A stretch of 64,000 nucleotides of DNA from Lama guanicoe (taxonomy: Eukaryota), in NCBI GenBank assembly GCA_013239625.1, contig MU053487.1, positions 825,058 through 889,057 of the forward strand, read 5' to 3'. The notes beneath the pieces are model-generated. The model was given only the letters and a program-made list of their open reading frames with translations, ran no database searches and had not been told where the DNA came from. Numbering within the stretch: position 1 is the first letter of the stretch; every line of letters begins with the position of its first letter. Below, piece after piece: positions 49,526 through 62,479 of the stretch. Made by a program: the position numbers and the translations under genes.

Positions 49526-51869
49526 GTCTTTTGTCTCTGCTGGCTGACTTTTCTCAGAGCTCTGAAATGAGGAAAAAACTTTTCTCAGCAGTACCTGTGC
49601 TCATCCATAGTCTTACTCACTTCTCTTGGTTCATCCCTTCTTTCTGGGAATGCAGTGAATCCCCAGCACCCAGAATACAGCTTCCAGGTCAGGGAAACTC
49701 TCTCTGACAGTACCTGACTCTATTTGAATTGGGGAAGAAGGAAAAAGAATTACTATTTCTTGGTAGTCTCAGGGTTAGGGACCAGACTTCAAGCTCCTTC
49801 AGATCTGATTTGAATCTTGTCTACATCGTTCATCTTTCTGGGCCTGAATTTTCCCAATTTGTAAAATAAGAATTAAAAACCTTGTCTCATAAGACTACTG
49901 TGATGTTCAGAGTAATGTTTGTCATAGTTTCCATGTCTATCATTATATTAATCTAAAACTCTTAAGGATTCAGAAGGAGAAGAAAACTTTTCAGACTTTG
50001 CTTTCAACCCCAGTACCTCTTGAGAAATTATTACCTTAAAAAGGAATGGAGTTCTTTGTGTGTTGTCTCTTTTTTTTTGATTGACAGACAAAAATCTAGT
50101 TATGCTCTCTTATTATCAAGAGTGCAGGGGTAATGGTAAAGAATACTCATTTCTCCCTCCTTTTTTATTTTTTTGAGAGTTATATTTTATTTGGTGGACA
50201 TTTCTGAGAACTCAAAGCCCTTCAAACCCTGGATGGCAGCCTCCTAGATCACTCTGGGGTACTGCTCTCCCCATTTCTCCCTCTTTAAAACGAAAATGAG
50301 ATTTGGTAAAGGAGACCCAAGTGTCTGATTCTATCATTCTTAGACCATCAAAGGACCAAATGGATGACTGTGGATCTATATTGGGGAAAAGGTAGAATTG
50401 ATGGGAGCAATTAGAGTTGATTGTGAAATTTTGGAGCTTAGAAGACCTTGTGAAAATCTTTTCTTGTGTCTCCCATAGAAATAAAGCAAAAAACAAGAAA
50501 AAATTAGTTCTTCCAGTCCAAGTCTCTGTTTTACTCTGTACCCTAGGAGTACAGGGGCCATGATTATAGTCCGGATTATGATAATAATAAGGGCAATTGA
50601 CTTAATGGCACTAAACAAATACCTATAGTTTGTAGTTACTATATGTCATGCACATTCAAACTGGTTTATTCCTTTCATCTTGGCAGACCTAGGATTTGAA
50701 CCCAGAACTCACTGACTACAAGTCAAGTCTTTTTCACAATGCGATGTTGTCCCTTAGGTTATGTAGAAGTTAGTGCTGGAATTTGATCAAGTTCATGTGA
50801 TGATCCTACCTCTGACACATTTGTTACAGTGCAGAGAAATTGCATAATCTTTGTTACACTGCTTGGTAATTAGACAACAGTAGTGGAGGACTGTCTTCAA
50901 CAGTTTTCCTTAGGAATGTGCAGTATTTCAGTTTTAGTCTAATAGAGAAACTAAGTTTCTATGGGTCCAGCTCCCAGAGAGGGCCAGGGCTCCCAGCTTC
51001 ATGGGTCAGAGTGGAGCTGGATGTCCAAAGTTGTGTGCCCAGGGCCACAGTTCCCAAGAGAGTTCACAGAGGAACATCAGAGTTCTAGCAAAGGTCTGTG
51101 TGGGGACAGGGACAACGGCGTGGGAGAGCCAAGGAACAGGATGGGAGGTCGTGGCATCTTCTTGGGAATTAATTGGTATTCCAGGCATGTAGAGGGCTCT
51201 CAGAAAGACCTTGAGTTCATTACTCTGATGAGATGGCCTCCAACCTCTTGATGTCCTGTGCAGGGGTAACTCTGATGGATGAGGTTATGTCCTCCCAAGA
51301 TCTTAGTGTCAGTGGCAGCTGTAGGCGCTAAGACAGAGGTTGGCTGAAGCTAGGGCAGCCCTTGCTATAGCTCTTTCCCTAAGTGAGCGGAGTGAGGACT
51401 TTTTTGGTACAGATTCCCAGGAAGTGAGGGAAGGACAAAGGCTAACTCTTGGACATTTCTGCTGCTCTCTCCTTTCCTTCCACCCTACTTAGGAATTCAG
51501 GTGTACAGGAAATTACTTCGTTAACCAAATGGGGAATTTAATGAACCCACTGATAATAAAAAGAAAGACCTGTAATATCTTTATCTGTGTAATTAATTAG
51601 CTCATGTCTGTGAAGTGTTCCGAGCATGTGAAGTGCCATGGAGATCTTGTGTTATTAATTATTACCATGCATGGGAAACGTCACTGCATTTCTTGACCTC
51701 TGCGTACTTAACAGCTCCTGTTTAGTGGTGCGTTAACTGTAGCTTTACTTTTTGATCAGCTCCGATTCTCTTTAGGTGATGATATCATTATTGAAGCACT
51801 TTTTCATGCCTTTCAAGATACTTCCTTAGGAAATCAAGCTTTGAAAATGTGTTTGCAAATGTAAGTGGT

Positions 51870-52250
51870 GGTGAGGATTCCCCGAAGGTGTCTGAGAAGG
51901 GGAGGAGCTGGTGACTGCACGGGAAGCAGGTTTGCAGAAGATGCATTTGCCAGTGTCAGAAGAAATGGAAAGGGGGAGAGACTGGAAGCAGGAAGAATCT
52001 CACTCAGGCATGGCGTAATGGAAATTTGGACTAGGGTAGTGATTGGGAATTGAGGATTGTGTGGTGGAGAGAAAAATGTATCATTTTAGGAACTGTTGAT
52101 GGTAGTGTCCTAATGGGCTCTAATGAATAGTTTAATTCCTTGGTTTAAAAATGAAAAGGAATTTGTGAGCTGGAGGTAGTCTTGAAGTGGATCAGTGGGA
52201 AACAAATTTGAAAGGAGAGCACCATGAGAGTCCAGTGGGCTTGAGGAGGA
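51870..52250 (-). mobile_element. L2 LINE fragment
   Basis: gagactggaagcaggaaga...tggactagggtagtg...ggagagaa antisense L2 pattern. Confidence 0.5.
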
Positions 52251-53173
52251 AACCCTCTGTGGCAGGTGGGTGGGTGTGTGGTCCTCACAGGTATTGCTCA
52301 GGCCCTGATGAAGCACAGGGCTGTGTAGCAATCAGGTTTATCTTCCAGTCTGTACTTGTATGCGATGGGATACTCATCTGTTTCTAAGTGTGGTGGGAGT
52401 GGTGTTTCGTGGAGGTCAAGGTGTTCCACCCCTTGGTCAGCAGTGGGCAGAAGGAAGTGATAGGTGGGAGCGGGGGATGCGAGTTAGGTGAAGAGCTGGC
52501 CTCCAAGGTGGACTCCTGTGACTATAAGAACAAAAAGCCACAGAAGCATTCAGTATATTCTTGAGTGGAGCATGGCTTTCCCAGAGCGTGGGAGATGGGA
52601 ATAAGCCAGTTTTATTTGATTTTCACAACCAAAGTGACCTTAGCTAATATTGGGCTATCAAAAGGAAAGATATATCCTAGACCTGGAGAGACCCTGCAAA
52701 TTGAAGATCATGTGCTGGACGTTATGAAGACAGAGGCCCTTTGCCTTCCTCTCTCTAGTTTTGCCCTTGTATATCCATCCATTCATTCTTTTTCTACTTT
52801 TCTAGAACAGTCATCCACATCTCAGAGGGACAAACATATTTGTAGAGCTTTCTGAAAATCTTTTGCTTCCAAAGCTACTCTGTTCTGGATTACTCTAGGC
52901 TTTTGATGAGATAAAGTTTAGATAATGGTTCTGGATCATTCTGGATTTTTAATGAGATGAGACCCATAGGCACTTCTCCCAGAGCCACTCTTGACTCTTA
53001 ATGAGGTGAGGCTAACAGAGGACACACTAAGAACATTTTCCCCGAGCTCCTCAGAGACCAAACATGGCTCTACCATCTTAGGAAATCTGTACAGAGAAGA
53101 AATGCAAACATACGAAGACTTCCAAATTGCTACCTTCTTTCCCCCAACTCCTCTCCTTTTCTATTTTTTGTAT

Positions 53174-53197
53174 TGCTGCTGCTGCTGCTGCTGCTGC
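53174..53197. repeat. (TGC)8 / CAG-type trinucleotide repeat
   Basis: Read directly; non-coding context. Confidence 0.95.
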
Positions 53198-53466
53198 TTC
53201 TTTTAAGAGTATGTGTGTTGTTAGCCATTGTCAGTGGGGAGGTGGAGGCTGAAAGTTTGGAGAGTAGCTGTTCACGAATGCTAGCCTTTATCACTGAATA
53301 GCTATGTGACCCATGGCAAGTCACCCAGTCTCTCTTCCTCTGCCTAGCTCTGGCATTTTACATCTATTTTTTAGTTTTCATTAGATTGCCCTGTATAGTT
53401 GCTTCTGTTGACAGTACTCAGGCTAACTGGTCATTTCCTCTGCCGACACAAAAAGAAAAAATATGA

Positions 53467-53946
53467 AGTGTTCAATAGCCAAGATAGGGAAACATCTGAG
53501 AGCCAGTCGATGGATGAATGGATAAGGAAGATGTGGTGTATATACATAATGGAATACTACTCAGCCATAGAAAAAGATGAAATCTTGTCATTTGAGACCA
53601 CATGGATAGACCTTGAAGGTATTATGTTAAATGAAATTAAGTCAGATGGAGAAAGACAAGTACTATATGATTTTGCTTATATGTGGACCATAAAAAACAA
53701 ACAAAATAAAAGAACAAGCCAAACCAAACAGAAACAAACTCATAGATACAAAGAGCAGCATAGTGGTTATTAGAGGGGAAGTGGGGTAGGGAGAAAGGGT
53801 GAAATGGGTAAGGGAATCAACTATATGGTGATGGGTGGAAACTAAATTTTTGGTGGTGAGTACACTGTAGTGTATAAAGAAGTAGAAGTGTAATGTACAC
53901 ATGAAACATTATAAACCAATTTATAATGTTACCTCAATTTAAAAAA
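53467..53946 (+). mobile_element. Laurasiatherian L1 fragment (ORF2 C-terminus, 3' UTR, short A tail)
   Basis: Translation DEWIRKMWCIYIMEYYSAIEKDEILSFETTWIDLEGIMLNEI; 3' UTR ggatcaactatatggtgatgggtggaaactaa...gttacctcaattt. Confidence 0.95.
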
Positions 53947-55134
53947 TGTAAAGCACTATCTTCCACAAATGACACCGATGCAAGATACTACATTATGGCT
54001 AGCTTTAGTTACCCTGGGGATGAGAATGCCTTCCTTGCCTGGCCTCTGGTACTCACCTGTGCAATGGTTGAGTGTTGAGTCACCTGTCTTATGGGGGAGA
54101 AATTTTTCTCCCCGTGGAGGAGAGAAATTTACCACGCCCACCCAAGCATGCAGGTCATGTCAAGGATCCTGGGCACGACCACAGTCTCTAAGATGTATTT
54201 CATTCCCTGTGTTTTCTTCCTCTTGTCATTCTATGATGCAAACGGGTTGAAGACAGGAGCTGTCTTTAATGGAAACTGAACAGTGCCTAACCCCTGTCCC
54301 CTATCCGTTGAATGTTAAATAAAAACAGTGATCATGTAATAATGACACCCAGCTCACTCGGGAGAGAATACCAAATAGCCTGGAATTTTCCTGTTACTGG
54401 CAGCATGGCCCAGGAGCATCCTGAGGTGAATTTAAAAACCTCAGCGATTCAAATCACATTTCCCGTAAGAAATACATCTTCTAGCTTGGAGTAATTGTTT
54501 CGCTTATTGCTGCTTTACCGCGTGATTTGTTAGTCCTTGTTTGAATCCTCCAGATCTGGAAGGAAGATACTGTGCTTTAAGGATAAATAATCTGAAAAAG
54601 AGGGGAAAAAATCCAACCAACTCCCTGGCCAGTACCTTTCTCTTTTTCCTTATCCAGTATTTTTTCCAGCTGCTTCAGTTGTTCTGAAGTAAATTATTAC
54701 CGTATGAGCTCAATTGAAAGAGCTGCTATAGAAAACAAGCTGCCACAAGCTATTAAGAAAATAACCCTGTTTCAGTTTTGAGTGAAAAGGAAAAGAAATT
54801 AACTCCATTCAAGACAGATATATATATATATATAATTTTTTTTCTCTCACTGAACCCCAGAGTCTTTCTCTGTAGAACTGCATCCATCTTACTTTCCCTG
54901 CTTTTCTCAATTCAGCCTCCTGTCTGATTCCATAGGATCCTGGAGGAAGCTGTCAGAAATCTTGGTTAAAAGCTTTCTGATGGGGACTTTAATGATTGGT
55001 TTGGAAAGAGCTGGGGTTAGTGGGCGTGAACGCGGCTCCCTCTGGATGTGCAGGGCTACACAAGCACAGACATCTTCCTCTGGGCAAGGGCCTGAACATT
55101 GCTGGGGCATTGCTGAGCTTGAGATCTACTCGCT

Positions 55135-55420
55135 TCCTCATTTATGGTCCACTCAGTGCCAGATGTTTTGCCAGGTGACAAGGATAGAATAAATAAGACA
55201 CAATCCTGCCCTAAAATGACCTCACCTTAGAATACAGAATTATAGGCTCCCCCTGGAGAAATACAATGACAGTGACAGACAAGGCTTGGAGGTGGGCTGC
55301 GGGACCACAGCTCAGAGGACCTGCCCAGTCTTCATGGGGGTCACAGAAGCTTTCCGGAGGCAGTGACACCTGAGTTGCTTTCAAGGACAAATAGAAATTT
55401 TCCAGTTGTAGCAGGGGCGA
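55135..55420 (-). mobile_element. L2 fragment
   Basis: catttatggtccactcagtgccag...aataagacacaatcctgccct...gaagctttccggaggcagtgacacctgag. Confidence 0.7.
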
Positions 55421-55869
55421 GGAAAGAACCTTTCATTGTCACATCTTATTTGCTTTCTGCCCCTTGAACTTTAGGTGGAGCTATTTTACCTGACACTTTC
55501 AAACCTTGTCAAAGTCCAAAGGAGGTGCCCTTCTCACAGCCATTTTTGCTTTCCGGTGTCCATTACTAATTCTTTTGGCTGTGAAGTACCTACAATGGAG
55601 CTGATGCTGGGTTGAGTGTTTTATAGCATCTTATTTGTCTTAATTTTACTCCCATGTTTACAGATGAGGGAGGTGGAAGACACACAGCCAGTAATTCAGA
55701 TAGCCTACTCTGTTTTCTAAAACCTAAGCCCTTCTGGTTATAGCATGCTGCAAACTAAAAAGAAAAAAATTTCTATATGGTCTAAATGGTAATAATATTT
55801 CATCCTGACATCTCCACTTTCTAGCATGAAAAACCTACAGCATACTTACAGTATTTGCCTGAACAGATA

Positions 55870-55911
<42 letters not shown>
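55870..55911. repeat. (ATT)14 microsatellite
   Basis: Read directly. Confidence 0.95.
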
Positions 55912-55915
<4 letters not shown>

Positions 55916-56179
55916 TTGAACAGTACCATTTGTTGTACTTGGTTTTTGTTTGTCACTATTGTCAGGCTTTGAAATGTACATTTTTATAACATATTTACAT
56001 TTGTTATGAACAATCATTTCAATGTTTCTATATTATTTGTCTGTGAACCCCCCAAAAACTTGAACTCCTGAGACAGTTGCTAATTCTGATGTGTCTGTTT
56101 AGGACTTTATTTCCCCTGCTGGTTGCACCAAAATTCAAAGAATGTTAGGACGTTTTGAGCTTGTAGTTGTCCCTGGACT

Positions 56180-56552
56180 AGTCCTGAGGCAAAGACCACT
56201 GACTGTGTAGGAAAATGCTCGGACTAGACTACGTTTCCCAGCCTTCCCTGCAGTCCAGTGGTCCCGTGACAGTTCTAGCCAGTGGGCTGTGGGAGTTAGT
56301 AATGTGCACCACCTCCTGGTTTGGCACATAAAACCTCTCCAAGTTCCTTCATGCGCTTCACCCTTTCCAACTGCCTGGAATAGAGATGACTTTCAGGGTG
56401 ACCTTGGAAGCCATGTGTTGAAAGATCCAGTCTCCCTGAATGACCACATTGCTAAGAACTGTGATGTGAATACACAGTAAACTTCGACTGTGCTTCTATT
56501 TTTTATTTTTAGACCTACTTGTTACAGTAAATGGTGTTCCCCTAAGTGATAC
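56180..56552 (+). mobile_element. MLT1J-like MaLR solo LTR
   Basis: gactacgtttcccagccttccctgcag...gaccttggaagccatgtgttgaaagat...ccctgaatgaccac...ttgttacag...gataca. Confidence 0.8.
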
Positions 56553-59521
56553 AGGCCGTTGGCCCAGGAGTCTTTGTTGTCATTAGCTTAATATCTGTGT
56601 CCAGAGTCTTGCAGTTTCCACTGTAGAGAACTCAGCAGGGAGAGTCGAAGGACTATGTGAGAGTTTAAATGCAAGTAAGGCACATGGATTACGTTCATCA
56701 GGCTTGACTCCTGCCTGTATCTGCTTTGCGTGACTTGTCCCCTGAAGGCTTTTCTGGCAAGGGGGAGAAGGTTCTGACTGTGGTGTTCTTCCTAGATTGC
56801 TTTATCAACATAGTTTGTTCTACTGCAGGGTTTCTGATGAGATTTCTGTCCACCAGGGCTTGCCATCTCTCTGTCTTTATTTCACCCTTCTCTCAAAGAG
56901 TTGTCCAGGGTAGTGGATTTATTGGCTGTGGCTGTTTTTAAAATTTGACACAGGTAAGGGGGGTGAGAAGCTTCCAACTCTCAGAAGTTGGAGCTGCTGA
57001 GTGAGAGCTATGTTTGGGGGAAGAGCAAACCCCTTCCTTCTTCTCACATATATCAGTGGAAGGTGCTAGCAGGAAATGCTTTTTTAAAAATAACAATTTA
57101 GTGTTGAAAAATATGCATCCATCCTGTCAGTGTTTCTAGAGGTCTTCCTGAACCTGAGGTTTGTGAGCAGTCTGTCTAGATAGATTTGGGGAACGGGACT
57201 TCTACCAGTGCTACTGTATCTGGCCCATAGGCAGGCAATATGCCAGGAACACCTCTTGCTGGGCAATCCACTTCTCACTATTGAAATGTCACAGTGCATG
57301 ACCCAGAGGGAGTGGGCAGAGTGGTCCCTGATCCTGTTACTCTAGACATCAGGGTCTGAGGACTAAGTCAAGTGCTTGCCTACTCTGTGATTCTACATTG
57401 CTGTTTCCTTCTTATTCTTTCAGATGTGAGAAGGCTGAAGCAGGAAGCCCTGTGTGTTACAAAGTAGCCCACGAATGGGACCTTCAGGATATTCCCCTCT
57501 TCTTATTTCTGAAGAAATGGATAAGGATAAGATGACTCAGCAGTTGGGGATTTTGAAGGTGAGCATGTTTACATTTAGCTTTTATACCCATATTTCTATC
57601 TTAACCCAGATTGGTATTTCTCTAGACAGAGGCATCTCCTTTTACTCTGGAAGATTTCCTGTTGTGGGCATTTATAACAGAACGTCCCATGATTCCTCAG
57701 ATGTTTACCATTAACATGTTGTTTATTGTTATTTGGAAAGCCATCTGAGCATTTGTCTCCATTCAACTAGAATGTTTCTGCCACCATCCCAGAGGCACCA
57801 ATAATAGCTATCGTACTTAGAAGGGGTTATAGCTCTGTTGCCTTCTTTAAAAATGTTATGTCTAAGTAATGCCAACTTTCTAACCCCTATTGAAGCTCTC
57901 AAATTGATTATCCCCATTTACAAACTCTCTCAGGGCAAACTGGGAGGCAACTGTTTGGAGTGCTCTCTACAAAGTGAAACAAAGGCAGAGTTGGAGAGAC
58001 GAAGAGAAGGGGCGTGGACAGAAAAGAAGGAAGATCTGTGGTTGTTGGCAGGCTATTTGAATGGATCTCATTTGCCCTGGGAAGCATGAGGTCTGGGAGG
58101 GTGGGGTGGGTGGGGCCAGGCTCCTTTGTCCAGAGGTCACTTGATGGGTCACAAGGGGCTCACACAGTCTCTGGCTGGGATATCTGGTGGAGTTCCTTCT
58201 GGGGCTTGTTCACAACATCAGGGATGGCTACTCCCCACTGTGGATGGGCTGTCAAATAAAACCGAGCTGCTCAAGCTCATCTAGAGACATTTCTCTGACC
58301 TCCCACCAGGTCTATGGGTCGCCATTCTTCAGCCCAGCAGGCTTAGGTGTTTCTTCTGAGTGCGTCTAAGTTGATTGCCCCCAGCTTGGCTGACTGGCCT
58401 CCCTCTCCCACCCTAAAGTTTTGAACCAGGTTGCAAATTCTCAGCTCATTAAAAAAGTAATGGTGGACTGCTGTAGATCTGTATCCAAAATAGAGAAGCA
58501 CCTTCATGGTGCAGCCACGTGTGGTCTCTGAGAAAACCACGTGTGCTAGAATTTACATTATTAATTCATCTCGCCGTATGTGGCAGTTTTTCTGTTTGCT
58601 GGCCAATATGGAGGTATTTAAATATTTGAATGGCTTATAAAGGTGTCTACCCACTGAATATGAGGTGTGGTTATATCTCTCCTCATCCCTAAAAGATGGC
58701 TTCTGGACGAGGGTGTTGCGTTATATGGCTTGAACCTGAATTAAATCGTATTGAGTATTTGGGGGCTATGTGGTTTCTTATGGTTGAGGGAGGGCATAGG
58801 CCACCTCCTCACCCTTAAACAGAGGAACCACTCAGCTGTCTCCAGTGTGGAAGGTGGAGGCCTTAATTTGACTGCTGACCAGAAACTGACCGCTCCTAAG
58901 GGTCCCACTCCCTTCCCCTCCCTGCTGTTACTTTTTTTTTTTTTGAAGTAACATATTCTCCTTTGCTAGGGAGCTCAAAAGTAGACATTATATAGAAATG
59001 TGAACTGTGAAAGTAGATCCCTGTAATTTATGGTCAATGTGCTTTGAAGGTGAAAAACACCCTCTAGTCATACAACTTTCCCGTAGCTTCTGTCTGTCCT
59101 TTTATCGGCTTTTCCCTCTCCTTTGCTAGCTGACTTGGGTAACCTGCAAGAGAGATCTGAAGAGGGAAAGGAGACGTGAAGAAGCACACTGGAAAAATTC
59201 TTCATTTATTATTAACTTAACACTCCAATTGACTTGCTTCCCCCAGGGCTGGGGACTACAATGGGAGCATGGAATTGGTCCTGTTAGCCTCAAACATTCA
59301 GAGAAAGAGATGGGTGTTGTAGAAAGATCAGTGAACGGGGAGAGAAGAGCTGAATGCTAACCATGGTTTCCTGAGTCCCTTCGCTTCTCAATGACTCTGT
59401 TCATCCTTCGGACGCCTTGCTTTCTCTCTTTGCCAGCTTGTACTTGTGGCCCTTCTGTGGTTCTTTTTTCTACTTTTTGCAAGGCTTCAGAACAGAACAG
59501 ATAGAAAATGCCTTAGGACTG

Positions 59522-60045
59522 TGTATTGGTTAAAAAAATCATCCTTAATTTTGTGGCTTAAAACAAAAGCCATTTTATTATGTTCATCATTCTGTCAAGT
59601 GCCCAACTCCTCTGGCTGGGGCTGGCCCAGCTGGTCATGGCTAGTTTTCTCATGCAGCTGCTGTCAGCAGGCAGGTCGGCTTGATGGTCTACAATGGCTC
59701 CCCCTTCCCCCACATGTCTAGTGGTTGGCAAGTTGGTAGCCAAGGTCTGGATGCCTGTTGGCTGGGGTGTGCCCTGGGGTGTTTTGGTTATCTTCCATGG
59801 GACCTTTCGTCCTCCTGCAGGCTGTCTTGGGCTGAATCACATGATGGTCTCTGGATTTCAAGCTCAGCTGGTGGGTAAACCAGAATGCTAAAGCACTTTT
59901 CAGGCTTCTGATTACATCATATCTGCTGACATCCAACTGGCCAGAGCAAATCACATGGCCAATCAAGATTCAAAGGGAGAAGAAATAGATTTCATTTCTT
60001 GATGGTAAGGAAGAAATTTATGGCCAGTTTTTGCAATCTATCAGA
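59522..60045 (-). mobile_element. MLT1H/I-like MaLR solo LTR
   Basis: gtggcttaaaacaaaagccattttatt...ggccagagcaaatcacatggccaa...gaaatagatttcatttcttgatgg...ttttgcaatcta. Confidence 0.85.
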
Positions 60046-60449
60046 GACTGTGTTTTGAGACACTGGAAAAAAAATAATGTCAATGGGAGATAACAAATTT
60101 GAGTATTTACTATGTGCCAGATATTACACTAATCAGTGAATTTACACGACCTCATGATACTTGACCTCATCAGTCCTACATCTTTGGTGCTTCCTATAAA
60201 AAAAGAAAGTGACTATTTTAGACCTCTGCTCTGCTTTACATAGCAGATATAGTGCAAAAATGTTTCTTGTAAATAGAAATTTTTGAGGCTTGAATGATAT
60301 ATTTTCAGCACAATAGGGGAGTTGGCTATTTCAAGGAACCCTGTTGTGAATCCTTTTTGAAAGTAAAGAATCCTTTTGTAACACCCCAAATCACCTCCTG
60401 GTTTAGCTGCTTGGCAGGTCAAAGGAGAGGGATTTCAAAATATAGATGA

Positions 60450-60690
60450 GACAGAAAGGGCTGTGACTTTGGAGGTGAGCTACCCAAGGTTCAGATCTTC
60501 CAGGCTATGTGATCCAGGCAAGAGACTGAATTTCCCTAAGCCTGACTTTCCTTTTCTTTGTAAAATGAGGTTAATAGATACCTACATCCACTGAATTGTT
60601 GGGAGTATTACATGAAAAGGGGAAAAAATGTAAAGGGCCAGATAATTTACAGAAGTTCAGTCAGTGAGTACAATGTTTTCTTCCCATTAT
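60450..60690 (+). mobile_element. MIR SINE
   Basis: gctatgtgatccaggcaag...aagcctgactttcc...tgtaaaatgaggttaata...ttgttgggagtattacatga. Confidence 0.7.
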
Positions 60691-61621
60691 CTGATGTCAG
60701 ATTTTGTGTAACTACCTATCCTGTTATTTCCCATTATGGATAAGAACATTTTGAAATATTTGTTTTCCAGTTGTGAAATTAGCTTGGCTTTGTTTCCTCT
60801 GTCAGTTCTTCCAAAGTCTTGCCATAAAGCTTTATGTTTTCATTTCTTGATCAGAGTCAAGAGGTGGATGAGGAAATGAATTCATAGCTCTGTAGACATC
60901 ACCAGGTAAAAAGTCTATCCTAAACCAATTTAAAATAAATTAGCTGAAAATAAGGCAGGTGATGCCTAACGCAGTCTGCAAAGTTATCTTTTAACACAGT
61001 CAGTGATCAGCAGAAAACAGAAAAACAAAGAATTGGGAAGCCATCCCAGGGTGTCTGAGGGCCAATGGCCACAAGGTGGCCATCTGAGTGATTGCCACCG
61101 ACTTCGGGGTCACTGGGTAGACGGGCAGTGTCAGCACAAAACCGTGACTTGAGATGGCCAATCTTCCAGGGCTATGAGAGCATCGCAAGGAATTTATAGT
61201 TGGGGAATTACAAAAGCATCTCTAATTAGCCCCAGGAGACAATTACATAAGAACTGCTGAGAACATTGCAGACTCATATTTGCTTCCTTATCAGAATTTT
61301 ATATGAGAGCCGGGCAATGAATGTTTTTTAACAATAGGAGCTGAGAGACCTTAGGTCTAATAGCCCTCCTGAGGATACAGCCTCCTTTCTTCGTGGTCCT
61401 GCAAAGATCAGTGGGGTACTGTTGTTAAGCCTGGAAATCACTCCCCCCCCCACAACTTGCATTGTGGCTTAAATCAGAAGGAGGACTAGAGGGGAGGGAT
61501 TTTTTCTTAACCACTACCCCTCCCCATGCGGTAATGAACAGTAAATAATCTAGCACTCACAGGTTTGGGAATTTTTTTGAAGGACCAGTACAGTTTTTTA
61601 AAGGAGTTTCAGGCGCAAAGG

Positions 61622-61658
61622 GTTTGTTTGTTTGTTTGTTAGTTAGTTAGTCAGTTTG
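61622..61658. repeat. (GTTT)n(GTTA)n tetranucleotide run
   Basis: Read directly. Confidence 0.85.
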
Positions 61659-62479
61659 TATTAATAAAGAAGAATAATGTCTCTCTGACTCGCACAGTTA
61701 AAATACTGTGTCTGAAGTCAGGGTTGTTTTGGCCAGATGTAGTCATTGGTTCCCTTGGTCTGCTTTTTCTGGGTCTCAGTGAAAAGGTTCTCATAGGTTG
61801 ATTCTCTAGTTGTAATTTGGGGGCGGGATGTGGTTCAAAAAATTCCTCCTGTCTTCCCTCACTCTACTCAACAAATACACAGAGAGCCTAATATGAAACA
61901 GCTTCTATTCTTGGTGCTGGACGTGAAACAGGGAGCCCAATAGATTTGGAAGCACGATCACTCCTGGGTCTTTACTGAAACTAAGACAGGTAGTTGCAGG
62001 GATCTTTACTGGTAACTGTGGAGATTCAGCCATCCCCCTTCTCGTAATTCCTGAATCAGGTGATAGGTACAGGTACAGATAGATACCTGAATCAGGTACA
62101 GGGAGGAATTCAGTGCTGTTTTCCTTATCTTGTGATACAGTTGTAATGGATTTCAATATAAGCAGTTCAAAAAGGACAGGAAAAAAAATCTTTTTAATGG
62201 CAGTTTGGTTCTAAGCCAAACATGTTAGCCCATCCCTGGTGGAGACTGACGTGGAGCACTGCTGGCCTACCTTATCCAGGAGATGGCCCAGCTTCACTGA
62301 CCTTCTCTTGCCCACTTAGGAGCTTACTAAGAGACTGATTCCTGGGCCCTGTCCAGGAACTTCTGAGTCATTGTATCCAGGGAAGGGGCTAAATTTCTGA
62401 CTTTTTAGTAAGAACTCCTCTGATGTGGTTCTTGGCTAAAAATCTTAGGCAGGTCCATGTGGCCTACATGTTCCATATT

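Noticed and set aside
50000..50022. Camelid tRNA-derived SINE (ccccagtacctc match)
   Set aside because: Only a short coincidental match; the A/B-box tRNA head is absent.
52991..53324. Poly-Cys / poly-Ser ORFs
   Set aside because: Artefacts of the (TGC)8 repeat, with no supporting exon structure.
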